32,000 nt of DNA from Thermofilum pendens Hrk 5 (lineage in GTDB: Archaea > Thermoproteota > Thermoprotei > Thermofilales > Thermofilaceae): assembly GCF_000015225.1 (NCBI RefSeq), contig NC_008698.1, positions 1,530,001 through 1,562,000 of the forward strand, in the 5' to 3' direction. This document shows, one piece after another, positions 7,862 through 16,855 of the stretch. A program made the translations under genes and the position numbers. Positions within the stretch are counted from its first letter, which is position 1; the number at the start of each line of letters is the position of its first letter. The notes beneath the pieces were generated by a model. It ran no database searches and was not told the origin of the DNA. It saw nothing but the letters and a program-made list of their open reading frames with translations.

Positions 7862-8755
7862 CTACTCGAGGGGCCTCAGGGACCTTTCGAGCACGCCGGC
7901 CTCGAGGAGAGCGTCGAGAACGACGTCCGGGATGTAGAGCTTCCCCTTCTTCCCCACGCCGATCATTTCCACTAGCTCCTCGTCGAGGAAGTCGCGTAGA
8001 TCTTCGAGGCTTACCCGCCGGGCGACGCCGACCTCCCTGTACTCGCCGACCACGTATATGTCTACAGGCGCGGTTTTGTGCCCGAGCCTTAGCTTCGCTG
8101 TCTCCACGTGCTTGATCCCGAGGTGCTCCAGGAATACGGGCTCGAGGTTCTCCCAGTCCGTGGCCATCCCGGACAGTATGTAGCTGGCTATCCTCCCCTC
8201 CGGAACCTCTATGTAGTCGCCCTCGACCCTTATCGCGAACTCCTTGTACAGCCTGAGCATAAGCCTGCGGGCCACCCGGACCCTCCTCCTACCTGGCTCC
8301 AGCGTCTTCCTGGCTAGGGCGAGAACCTCCTTCTCGACGCCCCTCCTCACGAAGCGGTAGTTCAGGGTGACTTCGAGCATCCACTCCAGCGCCTCCCCGC
8401 CGCCGTACACTCTGCGGCCCCTCCGCGTAACCTTCGCGCCGGTAGCGCTCTTCAGGAGTGACGCCACCTTCTCCGCCTCCTCCTCGCTCCTCATGACGGC
8501 GTAGAACACCTTCCCGTACTTAGCGATGGCGCTCCCAGCGCCTATCCTCATTATGCGTAGCAGATCCCCGCCTATCTCCAGCGAGGTCTTATCGGCGATC
8601 TTGTACGCCAGGGTCTCGACGTTCTCGCCCGCCAGGTAGAACGTCACGTAGTCGCCTTCTTCGGCGAGCGTGTATTTAACCCCTAAGGCCTCGAAGAGAG
8701 CCTCTAGGAGTATCGACTCGTCCTTCGGCGAAGTGATAACCAGTAGCGGCTCCAC
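7862..8755 (-). CDS. Hypothetical protein (no motif recognised)
   Basis: 297-codon ORF whose composition and codon bias resemble its neighbours. No overlapping competitor of similar quality. I recognised no domain. Confidence 0.6.
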   Translation of the reverse strand: MEPLLVITSPKDESILLEALFEALGVKYTLAEEGDYVTFYLAGENVETLAYKIADKTSLEIGGDLLRIMRIGAGSAIAKYGKVFYAVMRSEEEAEKVASLLKSATGAKVTRRGRRVYGGGEALEWMLEVTLNYRFVRRGVEKEVLALARKTLEPGRRRVRVARRLMLRLYKEFAIRVEGDYIEVPEGRIASYILSGMATDWENLEPVFLEHLGIKHVETAKLRLGHKTAPVDIYVVGEYREVGVARRVSLEDLRDFLDEELVEMIGVGKKGKLYIPDVVLDALLEAGVLERSLRPLE

Positions 8756-8898
8756 GATTCACAAGCCGGTAAGGCTGGTTTAAAGGTTAACTCTTACCCC
8801 GCGACGGTTTTGCGGCGGTTGCCGAGGGAAAGATCAACTACCACCTTTAAGTAGTAGCGACGAAAAACTTAAATCTTTGCATCTTGGCTTATTTAGCG

Positions 8899-10257
8899 AT
8901 GAGCCAGCAACAAAACAGGTTGGTTTTAGCCTCTATCGCCGTAGGGATAATAGCTCTCCTAGTGAGCCTCTACGCCGTTGTAACCGTTCAGTCGCTGGCA
9001 TCCGCGATTAGCGATCTCAAAGCCTCGATAAGCAACCTCCAGGGCACGGTTTCGAGCCTCCAGCAACAAGTCGGGAAGATATCCCAGCAACCCGCGCCCA
9101 CTACACCCCCCGTACAGAAAGTAAAGCTGGTGGTGATCGGCCCGTGGGCGGGTGACGAGGCGAAGTACTTCCAGGCCGTGATCGACGCCTACGTAAAGAC
9201 GCACCCCAACGTCGAGATTGAGTACAGGACTATGCGCGCCGAGGACGTAGCGGCGACAATGCCCATACAGTTCGCCGCCGGCGTAGCTCCTGGAGACGTA
9301 ATCTTCGGGTGGGCGTGGTTCATCGCCAAGATGGGCAAGGAGGGGCATCTAGTAGACCTCACAGGCATAATCAAGGAAAACGAGTACGTACCGGGAATCG
9401 TCGACGCCGTGAAAGCCGACGGCAAGATCTGGGGTGCACCGTTCACGATGTGGCTAAAGCCTGGCTTCTGGTACAGGAAGTCCTTCTTCCAGAAGTACGG
9501 GCTAACAGAGCCGAAGTCCTACGCCGAGTTCGTGCAACTACTGGAGAAGATCAAGGGGATACCCGGCGTGAAGAACCCCATAGCCACGGGAGACGGGGTC
9601 GGGTGGCCGATAAGCGACATTGTCGAACACTTCATAATCGCGTACGGCGGTCCACAGATGCAACTAAACCTCATATCCGGGAAGACTAGGTTCACGGATC
9701 CCAGCGTGAGGAAGGTGTTCTCCGACTACCTCATACCGCTACTCCAGAAAGGCTACTTCAGCGAGCCGATAGAGTGGACCACTGTCATACCCAAGTGGTG
9801 GGCAGGCGAGTACGGGCTCTACTTCATGGGGACCTGGATCACGGGGATGGTCGAAGACCCGAACGACCTAGACTTCTTCCCCTTACCCGAGAGTAAGGGC
9901 GTCGTTGGAGGCGCGGACTACGCCTTCGTGCCGAAGTACTCGAGGAACGTTGACGCCGCGCTCGACTTCATCAAGTACCTCGCCACGGAGGGGCAGGTCG
10001 TACACGCGAGCGTACCTTCCGGTAAGATCCCGACGTGGACGAAGGCACCCGTCGAGAAGCTATGGAAGCCCATGCAGAGTGTATACACCAAGATCACCGG
10101 CAAGGGGCTAGCCATACTGCCTGACCTCGACGACTCTATCGGGGGAGACTGGCAGAAGCTCTTCTGGGATCAGCTGAAGCTGTTGTGGGTCAACCCAGGA
10201 GCCCTAGACTCCGTCCTGAAGACGCTGGAGAGCAGTCAGCCGAAGCCGTCGGGTTAA
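8899..10257 (+). CDS. ABC transporter extracellular solute-binding protein (family 1, sugar type; trehalose/maltose-like by context)
   Basis: N-terminal TM anchor, an S/Q-rich segment and a PAPTTPP linker precede an SBP_bac_1-like domain. Two sugar permeases follow. The CTTAAATC TATA-like box at 8868-8875 lies 28 nt upstream of ATG 8899. The ORF track start TTG 8884 is too close to that box. Confidence 0.8.
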   Translation: MSQQQNRLVLASIAVGIIALLVSLYAVVTVQSLASAISDLKASISNLQGTVSSLQQQVGKISQQPAPTTPPVQKVKLVVIGPWAGDEAKYFQAVIDAYVKTHPNVEIEYRTMRAEDVAATMPIQFAAGVAPGDVIFGWAWFIAKMGKEGHLVDLTGIIKENEYVPGIVDAVKADGKIWGAPFTMWLKPGFWYRKSFFQKYGLTEPKSYAEFVQLLEKIKGIPGVKNPIATGDGVGWPISDIVEHFIIAYGGPQMQLNLISGKTRFTDPSVRKVFSDYLIPLLQKGYFSEPIEWTTVIPKWWAGEYGLYFMGTWITGMVEDPNDLDFFPLPESKGVVGGADYAFVPKYSRNVDAALDFIKYLATEGQVVHASVPSGKIPTWTKAPVEKLWKPMQSVYTKITGKGLAILPDLDDSIGGDWQKLFWDQLKLLWVNPGALDSVLKTLESSQPKPSG

Positions 10258-10271
10258 GCTAAAAAGGTCCA

Positions 10272-10285
10272 TTTTCTTTTTCTTT
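10272..10285 (+). terminator. Oligo-T tract after the binding-protein gene (possible attenuating archaeal terminator)
   Basis: TTTTCTTTTTCTTT lies 15 nt after the stop codon. Archaeal termination commonly uses T-runs. Confidence 0.35.
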
Positions 10286-10300
10286 CGTGGGGAGACCTGC

Positions 10301-11194
10301 ATGAAGAATGCTTCTACGAAAGACCTCTTGGTCTTCCTGGGGATTCCCCTCTCGGTAATCCTGGTGTTCGTGGTGTACCCGATAGTGGCGACCGTTGTTC
10401 TCAGCTTCACCGCTGACGGCGCGCTTTCCGCAAAGAACTACGTCGAAGTACTGACCGAGAGCATCCCGCTAAAAGCGCTACTCGTAGCTAACCCGGGGCC
10501 GTACCCGCCTTGGGGCGCCCTTGTGCACAACGCTCTCTGGATCGTGATAGCGGTTCCTGCGGTTGTATTCCTAGGGATGCTCCTCGCCTACACCCTCAGG
10601 GGTGTCCCGGGCTCCAGCTTTATCGCCGGCGCGATCTTCCTGGGGATGGTTCTACCGGGCGTTGTGAGCGGGCTGATAATCAGGTTTATGTTCGACGATA
10701 GCCTGGGGATTTTCCCCAGGATTTTCGGCGCGCTAGGCGTACCGCTACTCTCAAAGACGTGGACCATATACCCCCAGACGGCTCTGCTGGCGCTTATACT
10801 CGGCTCGGTGTGGCTATGGCTGGGCTTCAGCGTTACGCTTTACCTGGCAGGCCTCGACTCAATACCCTCGAGCATGGTCGAGGCAGCGCTCGTCGACGGG
10901 GCGTCCCAGTGGGAGATATTCACGAGAATAATCGTACCGCAACTAAAGCCGATAACCGTGGTGGTAACGCTGATGACCGTGATGTGGATCCTCAAGATAT
11001 TCGACATAGTGTACGTGGTCACCGGCGGGGGGCCCGGAGGCTCCTCCACAGTGTTAGCCCTGATAATGTACACGTACTTCGCGAGCTCCCTCGAGTACGG
11101 CAAGGCCGCCGCTGTTGCCGTGATCCTGGCGCTCCTCACGCTGGTGCCCGCGTACTGGTACATAAGGATGATTCTAAGCGGTGAGAAGAGATGA
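10301..11194 (+). CDS. Sugar ABC transporter permease (MalF/UgpA-like)
   Basis: 297-aa polytopic protein. EAA-loop region MVEAALVDGASQWEIFTRIIVPQLKP. Confidence 0.85.
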   Translation: MKNASTKDLLVFLGIPLSVILVFVVYPIVATVVLSFTADGALSAKNYVEVLTESIPLKALLVANPGPYPPWGALVHNALWIVIAVPAVVFLGMLLAYTLRGVPGSSFIAGAIFLGMVLPGVVSGLIIRFMFDDSLGIFPRIFGALGVPLLSKTWTIYPQTALLALILGSVWLWLGFSVTLYLAGLDSIPSSMVEAALVDGASQWEIFTRIIVPQLKPITVVVTLMTVMWILKIFDIVYVVTGGGPGGSSTVLALIMYTYFASSLEYGKAAAVAVILALLTLVPAYWYIRMILSGEKR

Positions 11195-12030
11195 GGCGCA
11201 GGCTTGCACCCTCAAGGGTAGCCGTAGCGGCGGCCCTCTGGGTCTTCACCGCGCTATGGCTCCTGCCCTTCGTAGCCCTAGTGGTTATGTCCGTGAAGCC
11301 GTACAAGGAGGTCGTCCTCAACGGCTGGTGGACGCTACAGGGAAACTACTCCCTCGAAAACTACGTCGAGGTACTCCTTAACCCATCCTTCAACTTCGTC
11401 AAGGGCCTTGAGAACTCGTTCGTAGTGGCCTCTCTGAGCACAGTGATACCCGTGGTCTTCGCGGCGATGATGGCATACTCCCTCACGTACCTCTCGTTTA
11501 GGTACAGAACTCTGCTCTTCGTCTCGATACTGGTCTTCATGTCCGTGCCCCAGCAAATGGTGGTCATACCGCTGTTCTCGCTCTACGTGAAGACAGGGCT
11601 ACACGACAAGCTTGCAGGCATAATACTCCTCCACAGCGCGTGGGGAACTCCGTGGATAGCGTTCTTCATGAGGAATTACTTCAGAATGCTACCGCAAAGC
11701 TTCGTCGAGGCAGCCAGGATAGACGGGGCATCGGAGTTCACGATCTTCTGGAAAATCCTCCTGCCGCTAAGCCTGCCCGCAGTCGTCGCGGCCTCCGCGA
11801 TACAGTTCACGTGGGTCTGGGGAGACTTCTTCTACGCGATGGTGTTCCTCCCGTCGCCATCAAACTACGTTGTCACACAACGCCTAGCGTTGCTAAAAGG
11901 CGAGTTCCACATAGACTGGGGCTTGCTGAGTGCCGGCGCTATACTGGCGATGCTACCCCCTCTACTGGTCTACGTCGCGTTCAAGAAGTACTACGTGAGG
12001 GGCTTCGCCGGGTGGGGCGTTAAAGGCTAG
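11191..12030 (+). CDS. Sugar ABC transporter permease (MalG/UgpE-like)
   Basis: 279 aa. EAA loop FVEAARIDGASEFTIFWKILLPLSLP. 4-nt ATGA overlap with the upstream permease. Confidence 0.85.
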   Translation: MRRRLAPSRVAVAAALWVFTALWLLPFVALVVMSVKPYKEVVLNGWWTLQGNYSLENYVEVLLNPSFNFVKGLENSFVVASLSTVIPVVFAAMMAYSLTYLSFRYRTLLFVSILVFMSVPQQMVVIPLFSLYVKTGLHDKLAGIILLHSAWGTPWIAFFMRNYFRMLPQSFVEAARIDGASEFTIFWKILLPLSLPAVVAASAIQFTWVWGDFFYAMVFLPSPSNYVVTQRLALLKGEFHIDWGLLSAGAILAMLPPLLVYVAFKKYYVRGFAGWGVKG

Positions 12031-12039
12031 CATTACGGC

Positions 12040-13080
12040 CTAAGGAGCCCGGGGCAGTACCTTCAGCCTGAAAACCCTGCCCTCGACGTCCTCCAGCCTA
12101 GCCCCCAGCCCGCCGACGGTGATTTTTCTCTGGCCCACCTCGAGCACGAGGGAGACGCGTACCCCCTGACCGTTCTCGGATATCTCCGCGGGTCTACCGG
12201 TAAGCGTCACGCTTCTCCCCGTCCTCCTCTCCACGCCCGCGACTGTAACCTCCGCGCCTAGCCCCCTGCCGAGGCACTCCTTTAAAACCTCGTTAAGCAA
12301 CCAGATAGACGTAGCCGTGTACTCGAAGCCCTCCACGGGCTCGAAGGGTTTCACCACGCTACTCACCCTCCACAGCGCGTGGTAGTAGAAGTCCAGGAAG
12401 GTCCTGATGAGATCCTCCTCCGCGATTTCAAGCGCGTAGGACTCCCTGAGGATCACCGCCCTGGCGGAGTCGGCTATGACGAGAGGGATTACACCCACGC
12501 TCCTCAACCTCAGGCCGAGCCACGGCTCCGCGGGGAGAGGCTCCTCCACGCCCTCGTAGTAGACAACCGCTACGAGCCTTCTAGCCGCGCCGCCCCCAAC
12601 ACTGTGCGGAAGGATCTCTCCCACCAGGCGCGGGGGGCCTGCTACCAGGGCATCGTAGGAAGCGTTTTCCAGCATCTTCCTCGCCCTGAGAATCGCCTCG
12701 GACTTGTTCTTAATGACCCTCACCCTGGGCGCCTGCACGTCCTCCGCCTGCAGGTAGACGCGGCTAAGCGCCTTCAAAGCTCTCTCCTTGTTGCTCTCGA
12801 TCCTCCGGCTCGCTAGTCCCGCCAAGATCTCTATGGCTCGGGAAGGCTCTATGGCTCTATACCGCTTCGGCTTCGAAAGGGCGACTTCCACGAGCCCCTT
12901 GCTCGCCAGCGATTCGAGAGTCTCGTAGACCCTGGGCTGGGGGACGCCGGTTAACGCTACGATCTCGTTCGCAGTCCTCTCCCTCCCGTCGGCGATGGCG
13001 AGGTATACCCTCGCCTCGTACGGCTTTAGCCCCAGCTCGACTAGGGCATTGTAGGCGTCCTCGAACTCCGGCTCCATCAC
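12040..13080 (-). CDS. trmB: TrmB family sugar-responsive transcriptional regulator
   Basis: N-terminal wHTH LKPYEARVYLAIADGRERTANEIVALTGVPQPRVYETLESLASKGLVEV is typical of TrmB. The 346-aa length fits the presence of a C-terminal sugar-binding domain. It lies between the sugar ABC genes and treT. Confidence 0.85.
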   Translation of the reverse strand: MMEPEFEDAYNALVELGLKPYEARVYLAIADGRERTANEIVALTGVPQPRVYETLESLASKGLVEVALSKPKRYRAIEPSRAIEILAGLASRRIESNKERALKALSRVYLQAEDVQAPRVRVIKNKSEAILRARKMLENASYDALVAGPPRLVGEILPHSVGGGAARRLVAVVYYEGVEEPLPAEPWLGLRLRSVGVIPLVIADSARAVILRESYALEIAEEDLIRTFLDFYYHALWRVSSVVKPFEPVEGFEYTATSIWLLNEVLKECLGRGLGAEVTVAGVERRTGRSVTLTGRPAEISENGQGVRVSLVLEVGQRKITVGGLGARLEDVEGRVFRLKVLPRAP

Positions 13081-13098
13081 GACGCTAATAACCGGATA

Positions 13099-13112
13099 GA
13101 AAAAAATATTTC
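13099..13112. promoter_or_regulatory. Shared AT-rich near-palindromic TATA-like element in the 54-bp trmB/treT divergent intergenic region
   Basis: GAAAAAAATATTTC is centred about 25 nt from the trmB start (13080) and about 30 nt from the treT GTG (13135). Confidence 0.45.
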
Positions 13113-13134
13113 TGAACGCAACTACTACTTTTCG

Positions 13135-14379
13135 GTGGTAACTATCAAAGCCACCCCGAGGTACTCCAGGAGAATCGAGGACTACGTGCCCGCCGTGGGT
13201 AGGGAGGATATCGAGGAGCTCGTAAGGGTCGCCAAGAGGTTAAAGGGGGTAAGCGTAGTACACGTGAACTCGACGGCTTACGGCGGAGGAGTCGCCGAGA
13301 TTCTTCACAGCATGGTCCCGGTGATGAGTTCTCTCGGGATCGACGCCAGGTGGGAGGTTCTGGAAGCCGAGGACGAGTTCTTCCAGGTCACGAAGAAGAT
13401 TCACAACGGGCTTCAGGGTAACCCTTCGCTCGTACTCACGGACGAGGACTGGAGAACCTACCTGAAGTGGAACCAGTATAACGCGGAGATCCTCGACCTC
13501 GACGCTGACGTGGTACTCGTGCACGACCCCCAGCCCATGGCGCTACCTATGTTCAAGCGCGGTGCCAGGGGTGTCTGGGTCTGGAGGTGCCACATAGACA
13601 TCTCTTCCCCGAATGCATCCTTCTGGGAAAAGCTCTCCCCCTTCCTCGGGTACTACAGGGGGGTGATAGTACACAGCGAGGAGTACGTTAAAAAGGAGTT
13701 CGAGGACAGAGTCCTGGTATCCCCGCCTAGCATAGATCCTCTCAGCGACAAGAACAGGGAGCTCGGCGAAAAAGAGGTGGAGAGCGTGTTTAAACGCTTC
13801 GGAGTAGACCCCGAAAGACCCGTTATCACCAAGGTTGCCCGCTTCGACCCTTGGAAGGACGTCTTCAGCGCGGTCGACGTCTTTAGAGAAGTGAAGAAGG
13901 AGGTCCCCGGCGCCCAGCTACTCCTCGTGTCCTCCATGGCGAGGGACGACCCAGAGGGCGCGGTTTTCTACGAGAAGGTACTCGGCTACGTTAAGGGCGA
14001 AGAGGGTGTACACATACTGACAGACGCTATCGGTGTCAGGGACTTGGAGGTGAACGCCTTCCAGAGGGGAACCACCGTGGGACTTCACACCGCTATCCGC
14101 GAGGGCTTCGGTCTTGCGGTCACCGAGATGCTATGGAAAAAAGTACCCGTGGTGGCGAGGCCTGTTGGAGGCGTCAAGAAACAAGTGGTAGACGGGGTGA
14201 CGGGATTCACGGCTTGGAGCGTCCAGGAGCTGGCAGAGAGAGTTAAGGCCTTGCTGGCGGACAACCAGCTTAGAGGGAGGTTGGGCGAGGCGGGGCGCGA
14301 GCACGTGAGGAGGAACTTCGTCATTACGCAACACGTGAAGAGGTATCTATCCTTCTTCGGCGAGCTACTGGGAAAATAG
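13135..14379 (+). CDS. treT: Trehalose glycosyltransferring synthase TreT (GT4)
   Basis: Matches Pyrococcus/Thermococcus TreT, as I remember those sequences, over nearly the full length. Examples: VHVNSTAYGGGVAEILHS, LVHDPQP, WRCHIDISSPN, PPSIDPLSDKN, ARFDPWKD, REGFGLAVTE, RNFVITQHVKRYL. Confidence 0.9.
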   Translation: MVTIKATPRYSRRIEDYVPAVGREDIEELVRVAKRLKGVSVVHVNSTAYGGGVAEILHSMVPVMSSLGIDARWEVLEAEDEFFQVTKKIHNGLQGNPSLVLTDEDWRTYLKWNQYNAEILDLDADVVLVHDPQPMALPMFKRGARGVWVWRCHIDISSPNASFWEKLSPFLGYYRGVIVHSEEYVKKEFEDRVLVSPPSIDPLSDKNRELGEKEVESVFKRFGVDPERPVITKVARFDPWKDVFSAVDVFREVKKEVPGAQLLLVSSMARDDPEGAVFYEKVLGYVKGEEGVHILTDAIGVRDLEVNAFQRGTTVGLHTAIREGFGLAVTEMLWKKVPVVARPVGGVKKQVVDGVTGFTAWSVQELAERVKALLADNQLRGRLGEAGREHVRRNFVITQHVKRYLSFFGELLGK

Positions 14380-14403
14380 CGGCGAATAGTTGCTTCACGC
14401 CTA

Positions 14404-14419
14404 CAAAAAACCTTTTTCC
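14404..14419. terminator. Bidirectional A6/T5 tract between convergent treT and the ABC-2 permease
   Basis: CAAAAAACCTTTTTCC gives a T-run on each strand downstream of each convergent gene. Confidence 0.35.
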
Positions 14420-14443
14420 TCGCGCGCGGCGCCGCAGGGCACC

Positions 14444-15211
14444 TCAGTCCTCGATGGTCGTTTTTTCGAAGGATTTCGCGGCGACTACGAGGAACACCGA
14501 GGTGAGCGCTACGAGTAGCCCTACGTCGACCCGGGGGTCGATGCTCGAGACGCCGGTCAGGCAGTACCTCATGCCGTCCACCGCGTACGTAGCCGGGTCG
14601 AGGTATGCTAGTACCTTCATCCAGTCCGGCATCGTGTTTATGGGGTAAAAGATGCCGCTGAGGAAGAGGAGGGGCATCGTTACCAGGTTGACTATCATCT
14701 GGAAGCCCTCCATGCTCGTAATCTTCGTGGATAAAGCTATCCCTATAGATGCGAACCCCAGCGACAAGAGAAGCCCGTAGCCCACCGCCGGCAGAACCCC
14801 GTATGGGTTAAGCCCGGGCGCCACCAGGAACATTAGCGCCATGATTATCAGGCTTTGGAACACTACGACCAAGGAGTCCCCGAGGGCTCTGCCTATTATG
14901 ATCTCAGCCCTCGAAGCCGGCGCCACCAAGGTCTCCTTCAGGAAGCCGAACTGCTTGTCCCATATAACGGAGATCCCGCTCATAAACGACCCCATGATTA
15001 TAGTCATCGCGACCATGCCCGAAGCCAGGTAGGACAAGTAGTCCAGGCCGCCGAACATCGCCCTCGCCCCCGGGAAGCTGAAAGCCCTGCTCCAGCCCAT
15101 CCCGAAGAAGACGAGCCAGGTAACCGGCTGGACTACGGACATGACGAGCCTCGAACGCGCGTTTACGAAGCGCTTTACCTGCCTATACACCATCGTCGCT
15201 AGACCCCTCAT
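14444..15211 (-). CDS. ABC-2 type exporter permease
   Basis: 255-aa protein with six predicted TM segments and ABC-2 architecture. It lies 3 nt downstream of the DrrA-like ATPase gene. Confidence 0.8.
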   Translation of the reverse strand: MRGLATMVYRQVKRFVNARSRLVMSVVQPVTWLVFFGMGWSRAFSFPGARAMFGGLDYLSYLASGMVAMTIIMGSFMSGISVIWDKQFGFLKETLVAPASRAEIIIGRALGDSLVVVFQSLIIMALMFLVAPGLNPYGVLPAVGYGLLLSLGFASIGIALSTKITSMEGFQMIVNLVTMPLLFLSGIFYPINTMPDWMKVLAYLDPATYAVDGMRYCLTGVSSIDPRVDVGLLVALTSVFLVVAAKSFEKTTIED

Positions 15212-15214
15212 AGC

Positions 15215-16186
15215 CTACCACCTCCTATGCGGCGGTCTAGGGGACTCCTCCAAGGAGTCTCTAAGCTCGCGCCCAGTCAAGTGTATGAACACTTCGTTCA
15301 GCGTGGGCCGCCTGTAAGTCACCTCGACTATCTTCAGCCCCTTCTCTTCCGCGAGCTCGAAGACCCTGGGCATCGCTTGAGAAGCGTTCTTCACGGAGAG
15401 CTCGACCAAGCCGCCCGAGACAATCCTGCAACTGCTTATGAAGTCCGCCTCCAGGCACGCCGGCGCCGAGCCGTCGAGCTTCAAGTAGATAACCTCGTTG
15501 CCCACGAGGGCTTTCAGCTCATCCGACGTCCCCTCGGCTATTATCTTCCCCCTATCCATTATCGCTATCCTGTCGCAGAGCTGCTCCGCCTCGTCCATGT
15601 AGTGGGTCGTTAGAACAATAGTCATGCCTTTCTCCTTCTTTATCGCCATTATGTAGTCCCATATCTTAACCCTCGTCTGGGGATCCAAGCCTATGGTTGG
15701 CTCATCCAGGAACAGTATCTCCGGCTCGTGGAGCAGGGCCCTAGCTATCTCCAGCCTCCTCCTCATGCCCCCCGAGAAGTACTTCACCTGCTTGTTCGCG
15801 AAATTCTTCAGCTCTACGAAGTCGAGGAGCTCATTTATCTTCCTTTTAAGCTCCTGCCCGCCCAGCCCGTAGAGCATGCCGTGGATGTACATGTTGTCCC
15901 AGGCCGTGAGCTGGTTGTCGAGGCTCGGATCCTGGAACACTATGCCTATACGCTTCCTGACCTCTGAAGGTTGCTTCACGACGTCGTACCCGGCTACCAG
16001 GGCCCTCCCGGACGTAGGCCTGAGAAGAGTGGTCAGAATGTGGATCGTAGTAGTCTTCCCGGCGCCGTTCGGTCCGAGCAACCCGTAGATCTCGCCCTCC
16101 CTGACGGTGAAGCTCACACCGTCGACCGCGGTGACATCCTTGAACCTCTTAACGAGGTTCTCGACTCTAATCGCCTCACTCACCAC
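15215..16186 (-). CDS. ABC exporter ATP-binding protein (DrrA/CcmA-like)
   Basis: Walker A GPNGAGKTT, signature FSGGMRRRLEIA, Walker B LFLDEPTIGLD, H-loop TTHYMDEAE. The C-terminal extension is typical of ABC-2 partner ATPases. Confidence 0.9.
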   Translation of the reverse strand: MVSEAIRVENLVKRFKDVTAVDGVSFTVREGEIYGLLGPNGAGKTTTIHILTTLLRPTSGRALVAGYDVVKQPSEVRKRIGIVFQDPSLDNQLTAWDNMYIHGMLYGLGGQELKRKINELLDFVELKNFANKQVKYFSGGMRRRLEIARALLHEPEILFLDEPTIGLDPQTRVKIWDYIMAIKKEKGMTIVLTTHYMDEAEQLCDRIAIMDRGKIIAEGTSDELKALVGNEVIYLKLDGSAPACLEADFISSCRIVSGGLVELSVKNASQAMPRVFELAEEKGLKIVEVTYRRPTLNEVFIHLTGRELRDSLEESPRPPHRRW

Positions 16187-16649
16187 TCTTCACACCCTCT
16201 AAAACCCTGATAACGTTCAGCTCGAACTCCGCGATAAGTCTCCTCAGCTCCGCGAGCCTCTGGTCGTCCAGCGAGTTAATAGAGTCCAGGATCTCGTCTA
16301 TAGCGTGGAAAAGTCTGTAACCCTTCACCTCCTCGAACCTCTTCCACGCCCTCGCCAGGCTCAAAGCCTCTTCGAGCTCGCCCCTGTGGTGCTCCAGGAA
16401 GCTCCTACCTTTCTCCGTGATGTTGTAGACCCGGGTCTTCACGTCCCCCGAGCCCCTCAGCTCCGCTACGACGAGGTCTTCGCGTATAAGCTTCCTGAGT
16501 ATCGGGTACAAAGCTCCCGGGCTAGGCCTAAAGCCCAGGCTCTTCTCGAGCTCCTTCATCAACCCGTAGGCGTGAAGCGGACCCTTCTCCAGCGCGGCAA
16601 GCACCAAGAGCTTGAGGTAACCTTTAAGCTTCAACTTCTTATGCAGCAT
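16176..16649 (-). CDS. padR: PadR family transcriptional regulator
   Basis: LKLLVLAALEKGPLHAYGLMKEL...PGALYPILRKLIREDLV matches the PadR wHTH. Its 3' end overlaps the ABC ATPase start by 11 nt. Confidence 0.85.
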   Translation of the reverse strand: MLHKKLKLKGYLKLLVLAALEKGPLHAYGLMKELEKSLGFRPSPGALYPILRKLIREDLVVAELRGSGDVKTRVYNITEKGRSFLEHHRGELEEALSLARAWKRFEEVKGYRLFHAIDEILDSINSLDDQRLAELRRLIAEFELNVIRVLEGVKSGE

Positions 16650-16658
16650 AGTCTCTCC

Positions 16659-16670
16659 GCTCTATAGAGC
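16659..16670. promoter_or_regulatory. Perfect 12-bp palindrome GCTCTATAGAGC between a TATA-like box and the padR start (candidate autoregulatory operator)
   Basis: The minus strand reads CTTATATAC-AAGATA-GCTCTATAGAGC-GGAGAGACT-ATG. The palindrome ends 9 nt before the start codon, in the expected TSS region. Confidence 0.45.
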
Positions 16671-16855
16671 TATCTTGTATATAAGTTTTCTGCAGAATAG
16701 ACACCGGGGTCCGTGCTCAGCCCACTCTTCACGCCTCAGTGCTCCAAACCTCTCCTCATCCCCCACGTAAAAGAGCCGAGCCCAAGTAGAAAAGCTCTAC
16801 TCTACCACGCGGAGATATTGCAGGAGAATAGCCTCGAGAAGCGTTCAACGCGTGA

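Noticed and set aside
16691-16831. Direct repeat tgcagaatag (16691-16700) / tgcaggagaatag (16819-16831) in the 350-bp non-coding stretch beside the decayed TA pair, considered as possible insertion scars
   Set aside because: The repeat is short and imperfect, with no associated inverted termini or transposase remnant. It is within chance expectation for this window size.
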